Origin: Octopus sinensis
Lineage: Eukaryota
Reading direction: 5' to 3'
Assembly: GCF_006345805.1 (NCBI RefSeq)
Contig: NC_043004.1
Location: 54,560,001-54,624,000, forward strand
Length of the DNA stretch: 64,000 bases
The notes beneath the pieces are model-generated. The model ran no database searches and was not told the origin of the DNA. It was given only the letters and a program-made list of their open reading frames with translations. Of the stretch, positions 1-14,487 are shown one piece after another. Within the stretch, counting starts at the first letter, position 1; every line of letters begins with the position of its first letter. The position numbers and the translations under genes are program-made.

Positions 1-733
1 TTCAAAGAATTATTGTCTTTGAATAATATGTGCATTTTTTCTAATAAGCAAAGCTTGCACTTGAAATTATATTTGTAAGCTCCATGCCTGTATGGTGCCG
101 CCCTGTCCAGAATGCTCCATGTCACGTTGAAAGGTGGGGCTTCCTTTTCTTTTAGTTCCCAGACATATTTTGCTAGGCTGGTTTTCTTCCTATTCTCTGG
201 GTATTTAAAAGAATTCTTATGAGAATAAAATCTTGTTTTAAATGAATTTCTGAAGCCCCTGTGTATGTCTTGTATTCCGATGAGCCTTCCACTTGCACCT
301 TGGCTCTATAAAACTACTCCTTTCACTAGACATTTCCCTTCTAACGGACAGGAGCTTTCGTTTTTACAATTACATTTCTTAATGGGCTCGGCACCATGTC
401 TAATCTCAATTAGCTTCCTATTATGTTGGCTAATGTAAGAGGCGAAATTTCTGCAACAAGAATAGCTAACCTTCAGGTTCTTCTATTAAATATTCTGTAG
501 AATTTATGACCCTGCTTAAAATGCTTAGAGACTAATCTCAAAAATTCCTTACCTATATTAGTCTTTACGGCCAAATTGAAAGCGGGTTGAACCACAAAAC
601 TTTCCTGGTCCTAGTTCTTCGTGCAGCATTATTATTAGCATTAAGCTGGTTGACTGGATCTTCTCCGGAATCCACTATCTTTAATGCGCTATCGTAATAA
701 GGTGCAGCATTATGGAATGCTGCCTCGTCCGAA
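1..733 (-). mobile_element. Inverted fragment of the Naiad-type PLE (RT C-terminus/GIY-YIG region), continuing beyond the window start
   Basis: 1-733 is the reverse complement of ~2989-3722 (e.g. 1-60 mirrors the end of the GIY-YIG coding region; 701-733 mirrors ttcggacgaggcagcattccataatgc). It joins the forward repeat unit through an A-run at 732-748. Confidence 0.93.
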
Positions 734-1468
734 AAAAAAAAAAAAAAACAATGTTGTCAAATTTAGAATGTTTATATAAGTTTGTGTATAGCAAAGCATA
801 TGTATTTGTAAGCATGCGTATCTGTGTATGTGTAAGTGAAAGTATGCTTGTGCTTAAGCACGCATACACACGACGGTATGTATATGTATCAATTCAAACT
901 TGTGTATGTATACTGGCCTCTATAGATGCCAAATAACATCGCTACAAATTTTTTCCCCACCCCTCTTCGTTCCTTTTTCTCTCTTTCCCTTTCTTTCGTT
1001 CCCCCTCCTTGCTCAGTATATGAGAATTGCTACATAGATGAATTTTAGCTTGCGTGCGAGACGGTTTGCGTGAATATATGTACACATGCTTTTATGTGTA
1101 TAATTTAGATTCATATTCATACGTCTGTATATGTATGTATGGCGTTTACGCGCATCCTTTTGTGTATGTTGATATAATATGTGGATTTTAATATAATATG
1201 TATTGCAGTATTTATAACAGGTTTAATTTCTATGCATTAATTTGTACTGTCTTCATTAACGGCAATAGGTTTTTCCTCGGTTTTTTCCTCGGATTTTATA
1301 ATTTTTATAATTTTATAAGTTTTTTTATATATATATACATATATTTTTTACCTTTTTGTTTATCGCTCGAAGATTGACCGTTTTTTCTAAAGGGCCATCA
1401 AACAAGTCCATTTCTTTTTAAAGGTGTAGCGTTTGTAAGATTGAATTAATATATATGTTCCATTCTAG

Positions 1469-1517
1469 CAAAAACTGTCTGATGAACGGCAACGAGAAAC
1501 TCAGAGTAACGATTTTG
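1469..1517 (+). ncRNA. Type I hammerhead ribozyme motif in pLTR copy 1 (one base missing from stem I 3' strand)
   Basis: caaaaactgt-CTGATGA-acggcaacga-GAAA-ctcagag-TA-acgattttg. Confidence 0.65.
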
Positions 1518-1680
1518 TTGAATTTTCTGCTGCTTAAAATAAAGCATATTACTCTACCACTGGTATTTGAGTACTCTTTTTCCACCTTGTTTCACATTTA
1601 TGTGTTTACTCCGGTCTAACCCGCTCCTTGTAAAAGTTTGAGCGACTCTGCACAAGTAGGAAGAACAACAGCTGAAAAAG

Positions 1681-3802
1681 ATGGAACTTTACCCGCTGGA
1701 TTTTTCTCAAAAAATATACCTATCCCTGCACAGGAAACAATATATCAAAGGCCTTATATAGAGAAAACGGAAGAGTTTATTAGAAGACTGAGATGGAAAG
1801 CTTCTTCTTTGATAATAAACAGAAAATAGAAGGTACAAATATGGATTTAAATCTCCCAGAAACCCGAAACCGATTCCGGAATTAGAAGCCTCGAGAAAGA
1901 CCTTTCGAGATTATTAGGAAAATTAAATTCCGCAAATTTACCAACCAATTGCAAAAAAACATGAGAGAAAAAATTAAGGAGATTAAACTCGAATAAGATC
2001 TTCGTTAATTCTGACAAGACAAGGAACTTATATGCACTTGATAAGGACGTTTATAAACGCCTGATTCGAATAGTGTCACGGACACATACAAAAAAGACAA
2101 CACGAATATATACAAAGAGGTGAACTTAGAAGCAAGAGGAATAGCTAACGATCTTAAGATTAGCGATAGGATTGAATACCTTTCACCACGACCAGCTTTT
2201 ATTACTCTGAAAGACCATAAAGACAATTTTAGTAGAAACCCCAAATGTAGATTGATAAATCCGGCTAAAACTGAGATAGGAATTATTAGCAAAATATTTT
2301 GGACCGTATTTTAGTTAAGTTAGATAGTGAAGTAGACTTGAGAATTTGGAAGAATAGTAAGTCAGTTATAGAGTGGTTTAAAGGTAGCTATAAGAATAAT
2401 TGTAGTTTCACACAATTCGACATTATTGACTTTTACCCGTCGATATCTAGGACGTTGCTCCTAAGGGCATTGGACTTCGCCAAGCAATATGTCAACATCG
2501 ATAGCTCGGAAATTGAAATTATTATGCATGCGAGGAAATCGCTTCTGTTTTTCGAGGATTCCCTGATTAAGAAGACTGAGGATTCTCTTTTCGATGTACC
2601 GATGGGGGCATACGACGGGGCTGAATTATGTATGCTCATAGGAGCCTTTATTCTCCATAATCTAAAAATAGAATTCCCATTTATAGATGCAGGTCTATAT
2701 AGGGATGACGGCCTTATAGCCACGCATAATCTAAACGGCCATGAATCAGATAGACTTAGGAGGACCTTATAGCTTTCTTTCAAAGGATGGGCTTACGGAT
2801 TACGATAGATACTAACCTGAATAGTGTAGATTTTTTAGACGTAAATTTTAATGTAAGATCGGATAGATTTAAACCTTTCCGTAAGCCCAATGAAAAGCTA
2901 TCGTATATTAGCAAAGATTCGAACCATCCACCAGTTATCCTTAGCAACTTAGTCAGCAATGTAGGTAGAAGAATATCTTCAATTTCTTCGGACGAGGCAG
3001 CATTCCATAATGCTGCACCTTATTACGATAGCGCATTAAAGAATAGTGGATTCTCGGAGAAGATCCAGTTCAACCAGCTTAATGCTAATAATAATGCTGC
3101 ACGAAGAACTAGGACCAGGAAAGTTTTGTGGTTCAACCCGGCTTTCAATTTGGCCGTAAAGACTAATATAGGTAAGGAATTTTTGAGATTAGTCTCTAAG
3201 CATTTTAAGCAGGGTCATAAATTCTACAGAATATTTAATAGAAGAACCCTGAAGGTTAGCTATTCTTGTTGCAGAAATTTCGCCTCTTACATTAGCAAAC
3301 ATAATAGGAAGCTAATTGAGATTAGACATGGTGCCGAGCCCATTAAGAAATGTAATTGTAAAAACGAAAGCTCCTGTCCGTTAGAAGGGAAATGTCTAGT
3401 GAAAGGAGTAGTTTATAGAGCCAAGGTGCAAGTGGAAGGCTCATCGGAATACAAGACATACACAGGGGCTTCAGAAAATTCATTTAAAACAAGATTTTAT
3501 TCTCATAAGAATTCTTTTAAATACCCAGAGAATAGGAAGAAAACCAGCCTAGCAAAATATGTCTGGGAACTAAAAGAAAAGGAAGCCCCACCTTTCAACG
3601 TGACATGGAGCATTCTGGACAGGGCGGCACCATACAGGCATGGAGCTACAAATATAATTTCAAGTGCAAGCTTTGCTTATTAGAAAAAATGCACATATTA
3701 TTCAAAGACAATAATTCTTTGAATCAAAGAAGTGAGTTAATGAACTTATGTAGGCACGCGGCTAAATTTAAAATGTCGAATATAAATATACCATATGGAT
3801 AG
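1681..3802 (+). pseudogene. PLE polyprotein copy 1 (reverse transcriptase + GIY-YIG endonuclease), frameshifted
   Basis: ORF pieces contain MGAYDGAELC, GLYRDDGL, WFNPAFN, SYSCC, KCNCKNESSCPLEGKCL, VVYRAKV...YTGASENSFKTRFYSH and CKLCLLEK. These match Naiad-clade PLE motifs from memory. Confidence 0.88.
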
Positions 3803-4801
3803 AGTATATATTTTGTATTTTGATTTTGATTTTGATTTTGACTCTTAAGCGCTACGACGGACTATAAGCAAAGTCTTATTGTTTCTACATATATATTAGG
3901 AAAAACCTACAAACTTTGTTTTCATGTTATTGTATTGCATAGGATTACCTTGATTATTTATATTACCTTGATTATTTATAAATGACCCAAAATAGGATGT
4001 TATATTTTATTTATATGTCTTTCGTATATATTTTTATTAATGCACCCATTTTTAAAAGCAATGTTTTTTTTAAAAAAAAAGCAATGTTGTCAAATTTAGA
4101 ATGTTTATAAGTTTGTGTATAGCAAAGCATATGTATTTGTAAGCATGCGTATCTGTGTATGTGTAAGTGAAAGTATGCTTGTGCTTAAGCACGCATACAC
4201 ACGACGGTATGTATATGTATCAATTCAAACTTGTGTATGTATACTGGCCTCTATAGATGCCAAATAACATCGCTACAAATTTTTTTCCCACCCCTCCTTC
4301 GTTCCTTTTTCTCTCTTTCCCTTTCTTTCGTTCCCCCTCCTTGCTCAGTATATGAGAATTGCTACATAGATGAATTTTAGCTTGCGTGCGAGACGGTTTG
4401 CGTGAATATATGTACACATGCTTTTATGTGTATAATTTAGATTCATATTCATACGTCTGTATATGTATGTATGGCGTTTACGCGCATCCTTTTGTGTATG
4501 TTGATATATATATGTGGATTTTAATATAATATGTATTGCAGTATTTATAACAGGTTTAATTTCTATGCATTAATTTGTACTGTCTTCATTAACGGCAATA
4601 GGTTTTTCCTCGGGTTTTTCCTCGGATTTTATAATTTTTATAATTTTTATGAGTTTTTTTTATATATATATACATATTTTTGACCTTTTTGTTTATCGCT
4701 CGAAGATTGACCGTTTTTTCTAAGGGCCAATCAAACAAGTCCATTTCTTTTTAAAGGTGTAGCGTTTGTAAGATTGAATTAATATATATGTTCCATTCTA
4801 G

Positions 4802-4851
4802 CAAAAACTGTCTGATGAACGGCAACGAGAAACTCAGAGTAACAGATTTTG
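4802..4851 (+). ncRNA. Type I hammerhead ribozyme motif in pLTR copy 2
   Basis: Stem I caaaaactgt/acagattttg (one A.A mismatch), core CTGATGA 4812-4818, stem II cg-GCAA-cg, GAAA 4829-4832, near-palindromic stem III ACTCAGAGT, predicted cleavage after GUA at 4841. Confidence 0.78.
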
Positions 4852-5015
4852 TTGAATTTTCTGCTGCTTAAAATAAAGCATATTACTCTACCACTGGTAT
4901 TTGAGTACTCTTTTTCCACCTTGTTTCACATTTATGTGTTTACTCCGGTCTAACCCGCTCCTTGTAAAAGTTTGAGCGACTCTGCACAAGTAGGAAGAAC
5001 AAACAGCTGAAAAAG

Positions 5016-7131
5016 ATGGAACTTTACCCGCTGGATTTTTCTCAGAAAAATATACCTATCCCTGCACGGAAACAATATATCAAAGGCCTTATAGAGAAAA
5101 CGGAAGAGTTTATTAGAAGACTGAGATGGAAAGCCTTCTTCTTTGATAATAAACAGAAAATAGAAGGTAACAAATATGGATTTAAATCTCCCAGAAACCC
5201 GCCACCGATTCCGGAATTAGAAGCCTTCGAGAAAGACTTTTCGAGATTATTAGGAAAATTAAATTCCGCAAATTTACCAACCAATTGCAAAAAAACATGA
5301 GAGAAAAAATTAAGGAGATTAACGACTCGAATAAGATCTTCGTTAATTCTGACAAGACAAGGAACTTATATGCACTTGATAAGGACGTTTATAAACGCCT
5401 GATTTCGAATAGTGTCACGGACACATACAAAAAAGACAACACGAATATATACAAAGAGGTGAACTTAGAAGCAAGAGGAATAGCTAACGATCTTAAGATT
5501 AGCGATAGGATTGAATACCTTTCACCACGACCAGCTTTTATTACTCTGAAAGACCATAAAGACAATTTTAGTAGAAACCCCAAATGTAGATTGATAAATC
5601 CGGCTAAAACTGAGATAGGAATTATTAGCAAAATATTTTGGACCGTATTTAGTTAAGTTAGATAGTGAAGTAGACTTGAGAATTTGGAAGAATAGTAAGT
5701 CAGTTATAGAGTGGTTTAAAGGTATTAGCTATAAGAATAATTGTAGTTTCACACAATTCGACATTATTGACTTTTACCCGTCGATATCTAGGACGTTGCT
5801 CCTAAGGGCATTGGACTTCGCCAAGCAGTATGTCAACATCGATAGCTCGGAAATTGAAATTATTATGCATGCGAGGAAATCGCTTCTGTTTTTCGAGGAT
5901 TCCACCTGGATTAAGAAGACTGAGGATTCTTTTTCGATGTACCGATGGGGGCATACGACGGGGCTGAATTATGTATGCTCATAGGAGCCTTTATTCTCCA
6001 TAATCTAAAAATAGAATTCCCATTTATAGATGCAGGTCTATATAGGGATGACGGCCTTATAGCCACGCATAATCTAAACGGCCATGAATCAGATAGACTT
6101 AGGAAGGACCTTATAGCTTTCTTTCAAAGGATGGGCTTACGGATTACGATAGATACTAACCTGAATAGTGTAGATTTTTTAGACGTAAATTTTAATGTAA
6201 GATCGGATAGATTTAAACCTTTCCGTAAGCCCAATGAAAAGCTATCGTATATTAGCAAAGATTCGAACCATCCACCAGTTATCCTTAGCAACTTAGTCAG
6301 CAATGTAGGTAGAAGAATATCTTCAATTTCTTCGGACGAGGCAGCATTCCATAATGCTGCACCTTATTACGATAGCGCATTAAAGAATAGTGGATTCTCG
6401 GAGAAGATCCAGTTCAACCAGCTTAATGCTAATAATAATGCTGCACGAAGAACTAGGACCAGGAAAGTTTTGTGGTTCAACCCGGCTTTCAATTTGGCCG
6501 TAAAGACTAATATAGGTAAGGAATTTTTGAGATTAGTCTCTAAGCATTTTAAGCAGGGTCATAAATTCTACAGAATATTAATAGAAGAACCCTGAAGGTT
6601 AGCTATTCTTGTTGCAGAAATTTCGCCTCTTACATTAGCCAACATAATAGGAAGCTAATTGAGATTAGACATGGTGCCGAGCCCATTAAGAAATGTAATT
6701 GTAAAAACGAAAGCTCCTGTCCGTTAGAAGGGAAATGTCTAGTGAAAGGAGTAGTTTATAGAGCCAAGGTGCAAGTGGAAGGCTCATCGGAATACAAGAC
6801 ATACACAGGGGCTTCAGAAAATTCATTTAAAACAAGATTTTATTCTCATAAGAATTCTTTTAAATACCCAGAGAATAGGAAGAAAACCAGCCTAGCAAAA
6901 TATGTCTGGGAACTAAAAGAAAAGGAAGCCCCACCTTTCAACGTGACATGGAGCATTCTGGACAGGGCGGCACCATACAGGCATGGAGCTTACAAATATA
7001 ATTTCAAGTGCAAGCTTTGCTTATTAGAAAAAATGCACATATTATTCAAAGACAATAATTCTTTGAATCAAAGAAGTGAGTTAATGAACTTATGTAGGCA
7101 CGCGGCTAAATTTAAAATGTCGAATATATAA
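5016..7131 (+). pseudogene. PLE polyprotein copy 2 (RT + GIY-YIG, ~700 aa if frames are joined), frameshifted
   Basis: ORFs 5016-5300, 5285-5656, 5676-5984, 5945-6595 and 6742-7131 join into one protein from MELYPLDFSQKNIPIP to CRHAAKFKMSNI. Its indels differ from those in copy 1. Confidence 0.88.
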
Positions 7132-8152
7132 TTACCATATGGATAGAGTATATATTTTGTATTTTGATTTTGATTTTGATTTTGACTCTTAAGCGCTACG
7201 ACGGATCTATAGCAAAGTCTTATGTTTTCTACATTATATTAAAAACCTACAAACTTTGTTTTCATGTTATTGTATTGCATAGATTACCTTGATTATTTAT
7301 ATTACCTTGATTATTTATAAATGACCCAAAATAGGATGTTATATTTTATTCTATATGTCTTTCGTATATATTTTTATTAATGCACCCATTTTTTAAAAGC
7401 AATGTTTTTTTTAAAAAAAAAGCAATGTTGTCAAATTTAGAATGTTTATATAAGTTTGTGTATAGCAAAGCATATGTATTTGTAAGCATGCGTATCTGTG
7501 TATGTGTAAGTGAAAGTATGCTTGTGCTTAAGCACGCATACACACGACGGTATGTATATGTATCAATTCAAACTTGTGTATGTATACTGGCCTCTATAGA
7601 TGCCAATAACATCGCTACAAGTTTTTTCCCCACCCCTCCTTCGTTCCTTTTTCTCTCTTTCCCTTTCTTTCGTTCCCCCTCCTTGCTCAGTATATGAGAA
7701 TTGCTACATAGATGAATTTTAGCTTGCGTGCGAGACGGTTTGCGTGAATATATGTACACATGCTTTTATGTGTATAATTTAGATTCATATTCATACGTCT
7801 GTATATGTATGTATGGCGTTTACGCGCATCCTTTTGTGTATGTTGATATATATATGTGGATTTTAATATAATATGTATTGCAGTATTTATAACAGGTTTA
7901 ATTTCTATGCATTAATTTGTACTGTCTTCATTAACGGCAATAGGTTTTTCCTCGGTTTTTTCCTCGGATTTTATAATTTTTATAATTTTTATGAGTTTTT
8001 TATATATATATACATATTATTTTTGACCTTTTTGTTTATCGCTCGAAGATTGACCGTTTTTTCTAAAGGGCCAATCAAACAAGTCCATTTCTTTTTAAAG
8101 GTGTAGCGTTTGTAAGAGTATAGATTGAATTAATATATATGTTCCATTCTAG

Positions 8153-8202
8153 CAAAAACTGTCTGATGAACGGCAACGAGAAACTCAGAGTAACAGATTT
8201 TG
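8153..8202 (+). ncRNA. Type I hammerhead ribozyme motif in the terminal pLTR
   Basis: Identical to 4802-4851; lies ~27 nt before the array end. Confidence 0.78.
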
Positions 8203-8228
8203 TTGAATTTTCTGCTGCTTAAAATAAA

Positions 8229-9480
<1,252 letters not shown>

Positions 9481-9693
9481 ACTTTCTTTATTGACCACGC
9501 AGGGCTTGACACAGAGGGGACAAATACAAATGTAGAGCTTTTCTTTTCGAAGATGGAAAAGGAAAAAGGAAAAAAGGAAACAAATGTAAGATTTCGATCA
9601 AAAGGGATCGGGAAAAAAAAAGAAAAGAAAAAAGAAAAAAGCGATCAAAAGGGATCGTGTATCACAGAAAGAAAAAAATTTTTTTCAAAGTAA
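9481..9693 (-). mobile_element. 3'-UTR-only fragment of a Tx1-like LINE
   Basis: The minus strand ends ...aagccctgcgtggtcaataaagaaagt followed by (TATC)n, and carries two cgatcaaaagggatcg motifs. It is homologous to the 3' UTRs at 50123 and 56009. Confidence 0.8.
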
Positions 9694-10060
<367 letters not shown>

Positions 10061-10733
10061 ATACATACATACATGCATGAATGCGTACATACAGAAATAC
10101 ATATAGAGGGATTCGAAGACAACGAAAGAGAGGCAGACATAGTGCGGGAAACGATAGAAATATAAGAAAGACATAAAGAATGAAAAGAAAAGATAAAGAA
10201 AGAAAAAAAGTAAGAAAGAAAGAAAGAAAGAAAAAGTACAAAAGAAAGAAAAGAAAGAACCAAAGAAACGGAAAGGGAAGAAAGAAATGAGAGAAATAAA
10301 GAGCGTAAAGAAAGAAAGGTTGCTAGATTTTGTCTCATGGCTGGAGACATTTACCTAATTAGTCCTTATTAAATCTAATAATAAAGAAATATACTAAGCT
10401 AATTAATGTATAATGTTGTATGACGGTAGAAAATCTGAAGGATAGAAGTGGATATTATGCGAGAATGAGACCGGAAGTAAAGTGAAGATAACAGCCATAT
10501 TGTGTCATCAATTAATTATTGATGAACTAATTAAAATAATAAGCCAAAGGCTAATTAAAACATATCTTTAAGGAGGATCGAACAGCTATTCTAATCTGAA
10601 ATTACTTCTCAGAATATTTCTCGTATTATTGTTGTCGTTAATATTCTTCCTGTTGTTGTTTTTGTTAATTTCTACTGCTTTCGTTGTTACTTCCGCTGTT
10701 GTTGTGTGGTTGTTTTGTCGTTGTCTTTTTTGG

Positions 10734-10771
<38 letters not shown>

Positions 10772-11649
10772 GCCGTTGTTGTCAATGCTATTGTTGCTTT
10801 GGGCTAATAGTCTTCTTCATACACCCCTTCTGTTACTTCCTCATCTCCCACTATTGCTCACGTTGTAAATTTACCTTCATCTTCTCCTACATGCTTTTGT
10901 ATACCGCTCACGTTACATTTACTATTGCCACTGAATTTTCCTCTCTGTACTATTCTCTAGCTTTTTTTATATAATTCCTTATAATTCCAGTTTACTTAAA
11001 ACATTTCAAGATTTTCATTTGCATGATATTAATTCCAATATTGCTGGAATGAATCGTATGAGAGAAAAAAACCCCAGAAAAAACAACAACAACGACAAAT
11101 ACAACAGCAACAATAACAAATACAACAACAATATTCAGAGGCAACACAATAACAAGAACAGCAACGAATTACAGGTGCTGATGACGCGAAAACAATGCTA
11201 CAGAATAAGGTGGAAACAAAGCACAACTCTGGAGTCTTAGAATTTTTTTTTCTGTTTTCATCGGCAGAAGGTTACTGACAATGACACCTAAGGAGCACAA
11301 TACACAAAACAATTTATATTCTATACGGCATATTAAATGAGAAATTGCTCCATATATAAAACATGCAAGTTAGTGAAGCACACATGAATTATACTGTGCC
11401 CCCACTGGCTATAAGCAACAATATATTTTACCATGAAGTCCAGCACATGCTTAAAACAAAATCTGATGAGACATTTGCTTCTTCTCCTGTTAGAAACATA
11501 TTGATTTCATTCCTGCTTACACCATAGTATCAACTTTGTCTTGAAATTATCTTGTTTATACTCCATCTAGAAGATACAGCAGTCAAATCTACTATAAATC
11601 GTAGTCAAATGTATAAATTATCAGCCAAATCTACTACACATCATAGTCA

Positions 11650-12399
11650 ACTGTTATTAAATATATCACCGAATGTGTTAGACAGTAATTCTATTGTTTC
11701 TTTAAACCAAATTTCATAGGGTTTTTTGGGCAATATGAAATTACAGTAACGTTCTTGCTCTAACGGGCCAATAACCATCTCCCTGTTTGTTCGTCCGACC
11801 ATGATTTGCAATTTTGCTTACAATCTCCTCGTATCTTCTGTAGTATGATGTAAAGTTATACCATCCTCTGAGTTATAAATGAATTCATCAATCGAGTTCG
11901 AAACGTCGTCTGGTGAAAACCAACTTTACTCATTTTTGAACTTCTTTGAATATAGTTCCAATAATTGTTGTTGTAATTGCTGCAGTAATAGTAGCTTCTG
12001 CAACTCTTGTTGCTCTTCTTGTTGTTGTTTTTGCAACTGTACTATGGAAGCTAATAGATCTTACATTATTTAACAAGTTGTATCAAGAACAAATTGTTCA
12101 AAAACCTAAGTGAGCTACGAGACCATCGTCGCCAGATGCTGGAACGTAATTTGTTATGTACAGTAAGTAAGATACCCAAACAACAGAAATGTAACGAAGT
12201 AGCAAATCTCTTTACGAACCAACAATCAATACTCCTTGTGAACTAAACAAACCTACACCTTCCGACTTCACTGGGAACTAACACGAACTTCACTCGTCTC
12301 CGAACTCTGAATTTTGAACTCACTCGGATCGTTACTATTTATACTTTACTCGAACCAGTCTATCTCTCGCAAAAAGGCGTCGTAACTTTCATCACAACA
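11650..12399 (-). mobile_element. Decayed Gypsy LTR retrotransposon 5' end: LTR (12137-12399, TG...CA), PBS (12121-12134) and gag remnant
   Basis: The minus strand starts TGTTGTGATG and ends CCAGCA, then tc and TGGCGACGATGG (a tRNA-Ser-like PBS). Downstream, broken frames read LQKQQQEEQQ...FSPDDVSNSIDEFIYNSEDG...RYEEIV...WSDEQ...YCNFILPKKP, resembling invertebrate Gypsy gag. Confidence 0.75.
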
Positions 12400-12435
12400 C
12401 TTGGTCTGCCTATGAACTTTTGATCCAATCCTCGA

Positions 12436-12475
<40 letters not shown>

Positions 12476-13457
12476 ATGTGTGTGTGTGTGCAGTATGCAT
12501 ATGTGCGTATATATATATAGAAAGAGAGAGTATGTTTATCTGCACAAAGTTACTGACGTGACTCAAAGGATGAGAGTTTCTTGTCTTATTATCAGCTTGG
12601 TAAATTCTCTGCACAAAACCGATGGTTTTGTGACAACAGCATATAGAACTCAGAGGCGAGTTTATATTTGTATTACACAGAGCTAATGATGTGTGGACAT
12701 GCCCTGACGCAGCGCGAACCAGTCTCTTTGCCTAAGATCTAACTAGATGCACTGGGTCATGAAACAAACTGAACAAATACTAGATAAACCAGCAGAAGAC
12801 AAAAGAGAAGCCGATGTCGCATATTTTTTCCATAATAAATCATAAGTATTTCAGATTATCATATAAGATGGGGATCCATGGTCGCCGATACCTGACTATA
12901 CGAATGTCACACGACGAGAGATATCACTTCTATTATAAACATTTGTTCAGTCGTAGGTCAAACAGTGAATAAAATACAGTTAACTTATTCAGTATCTAAA
13001 TCAAACATTTAACTGCAAGGAATACTTAACCTATCACAAACACACACACACACAGGAACACAAACACACATATATGTATATGTATACACATATATCCATT
13101 AACGCTGAAGGTGACGGAACTAAGAGAGATTACCGATTGTATAATTATTTAATGAGCATACGAATAATTGAGTTAATTAGTGTTTTAATTACGGCGTTAC
13201 TATGATAACAATGATGAATACTCATTAGAGTTCCACAGATATAAATTGAGAAACGCGTAAGCGGAAGCAGTTGCTATAAATATGGTTAGGCAAGACGGAA
13301 TTACATGGAATTTGGATAGAATTAAAGACAAACTGTCGGGACGTAATCCAAGAGAGAAATAATTTGGACAGATAAGTATAGACACACACGCGCACACACA
13401 TGCATACACATATTCATCAAAATATATGCATATGTATGCACACACACACACACACAC

Positions 13458-13514
<57 letters not shown>

Positions 13515-13522
13515 GTATGTAT

Positions 13523-13816
13523 GGAGGCGCAATGGCCTAGTGGTTAGGGCAGCGGACTCGCGGTCGCAGGATCGCGGTTTCGATTCCCAGACCGGGCGTT
13601 GTGAGAGTTTATTGAGCGAAAACACCTAAAAAGCTCCACGAGGCTCCGTCAGGGGGTGGTGATCCCTGCTGTACTCTTCCACCACTCTTTCTTCTGTTGG
13701 CCTGCTCACTTAGCCAGCGGGGTGGCGTCATTCGAAGGCTAAAACAATGCAAACGCATTGTGACCAGCGATGTGTAACAACATCTGATGGTCTGGTCGGT
13801 TACGTGATCACGTGAT
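13523..13816 (+). mobile_element. tRNA-derived SINE
   Basis: Head ggaggcgcaatggcctagtggttagggcagcggactcg...ggtttcgattccc has Pol III box A/B, followed by a ~200-nt non-tRNA body. Confidence 0.85.
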
Positions 13817-13835
13817 ATGTATGTATGTATGATGA

Positions 13836-13924
<89 letters not shown>

Positions 13925-14224
13925 TATAGATAGATAGATATGTAGGTAGGTAGGTAGGTACACAGAATTTAGATGAGAGCAAATTGTCATTATCATGCAG
14001 ATCAATATCGATTTCATGCTTATCAGAAAATATCGAACTTATTTTTAGAGTCTTTAAGGCTTCTAAAATCAGATTTTAGTTATACTTTCATAGAAATATG
14101 GAGTTCTGTAAAAGACTGACAGCAGCCGACGAAATACGGAAAGGGATGACATGCTGGCGAAGTCACCAGGGCTGGACTGTTTGCCCAATTATTTTTATTT
14201 TCATGAGCCAGACTTGTTCCGGGT

Positions 14225-14303
14225 CCGGCATATTTCCCGAATTTGGTTGCTACTGCTCCGAGTGCTCTTACGACTACTGGATTAACAGTTATTCTCCTCT
14301 AAA
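14225..14303 (-). mobile_element. Short 3' fragment of an R4/Dong-like LINE (RLE domain)
   Basis: Minus frame VNPVVVRALGAVATKFGKY resembles IPVIVGALG in the 15396-15695 ORF; it abuts an (ATC)n tract. Confidence 0.5.
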
Positions 14304-14308
14304 TCATT

Positions 14309-14369
<61 letters not shown>

Positions 14370-14382
14370 CCATCATCATCAA

Positions 14383-14480
<98 letters not shown>

Positions 14481-14487
14481 TATTATT

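Noticed and set aside
3300-3800. Possible selenoprotein-encoding Naiad (in-frame UGA at Cys positions)
   Set aside because: The Cys motifs (SYSCC, CNC, CPL, CKLC, CRH) use TGT/TGC in both copies; I saw no in-frame TGA that would need recoding.
11178-11200. CTGATGA-cgc-GAAA hammerhead-like core
   Set aside because: Stem II is too short to form and there is no stem I or III pairing.
11463-11505. CTGATGAG...GAAAC hammerhead-like core
   Set aside because: There is no NUH closing stem III and no stem I complement downstream.
13523-13590. tRNA genes (here and at 25731, 44000, 60517)
   Set aside because: The tRNA-like heads continue into shared non-tRNA bodies and lack complete acceptor stems, so they are SINEs.
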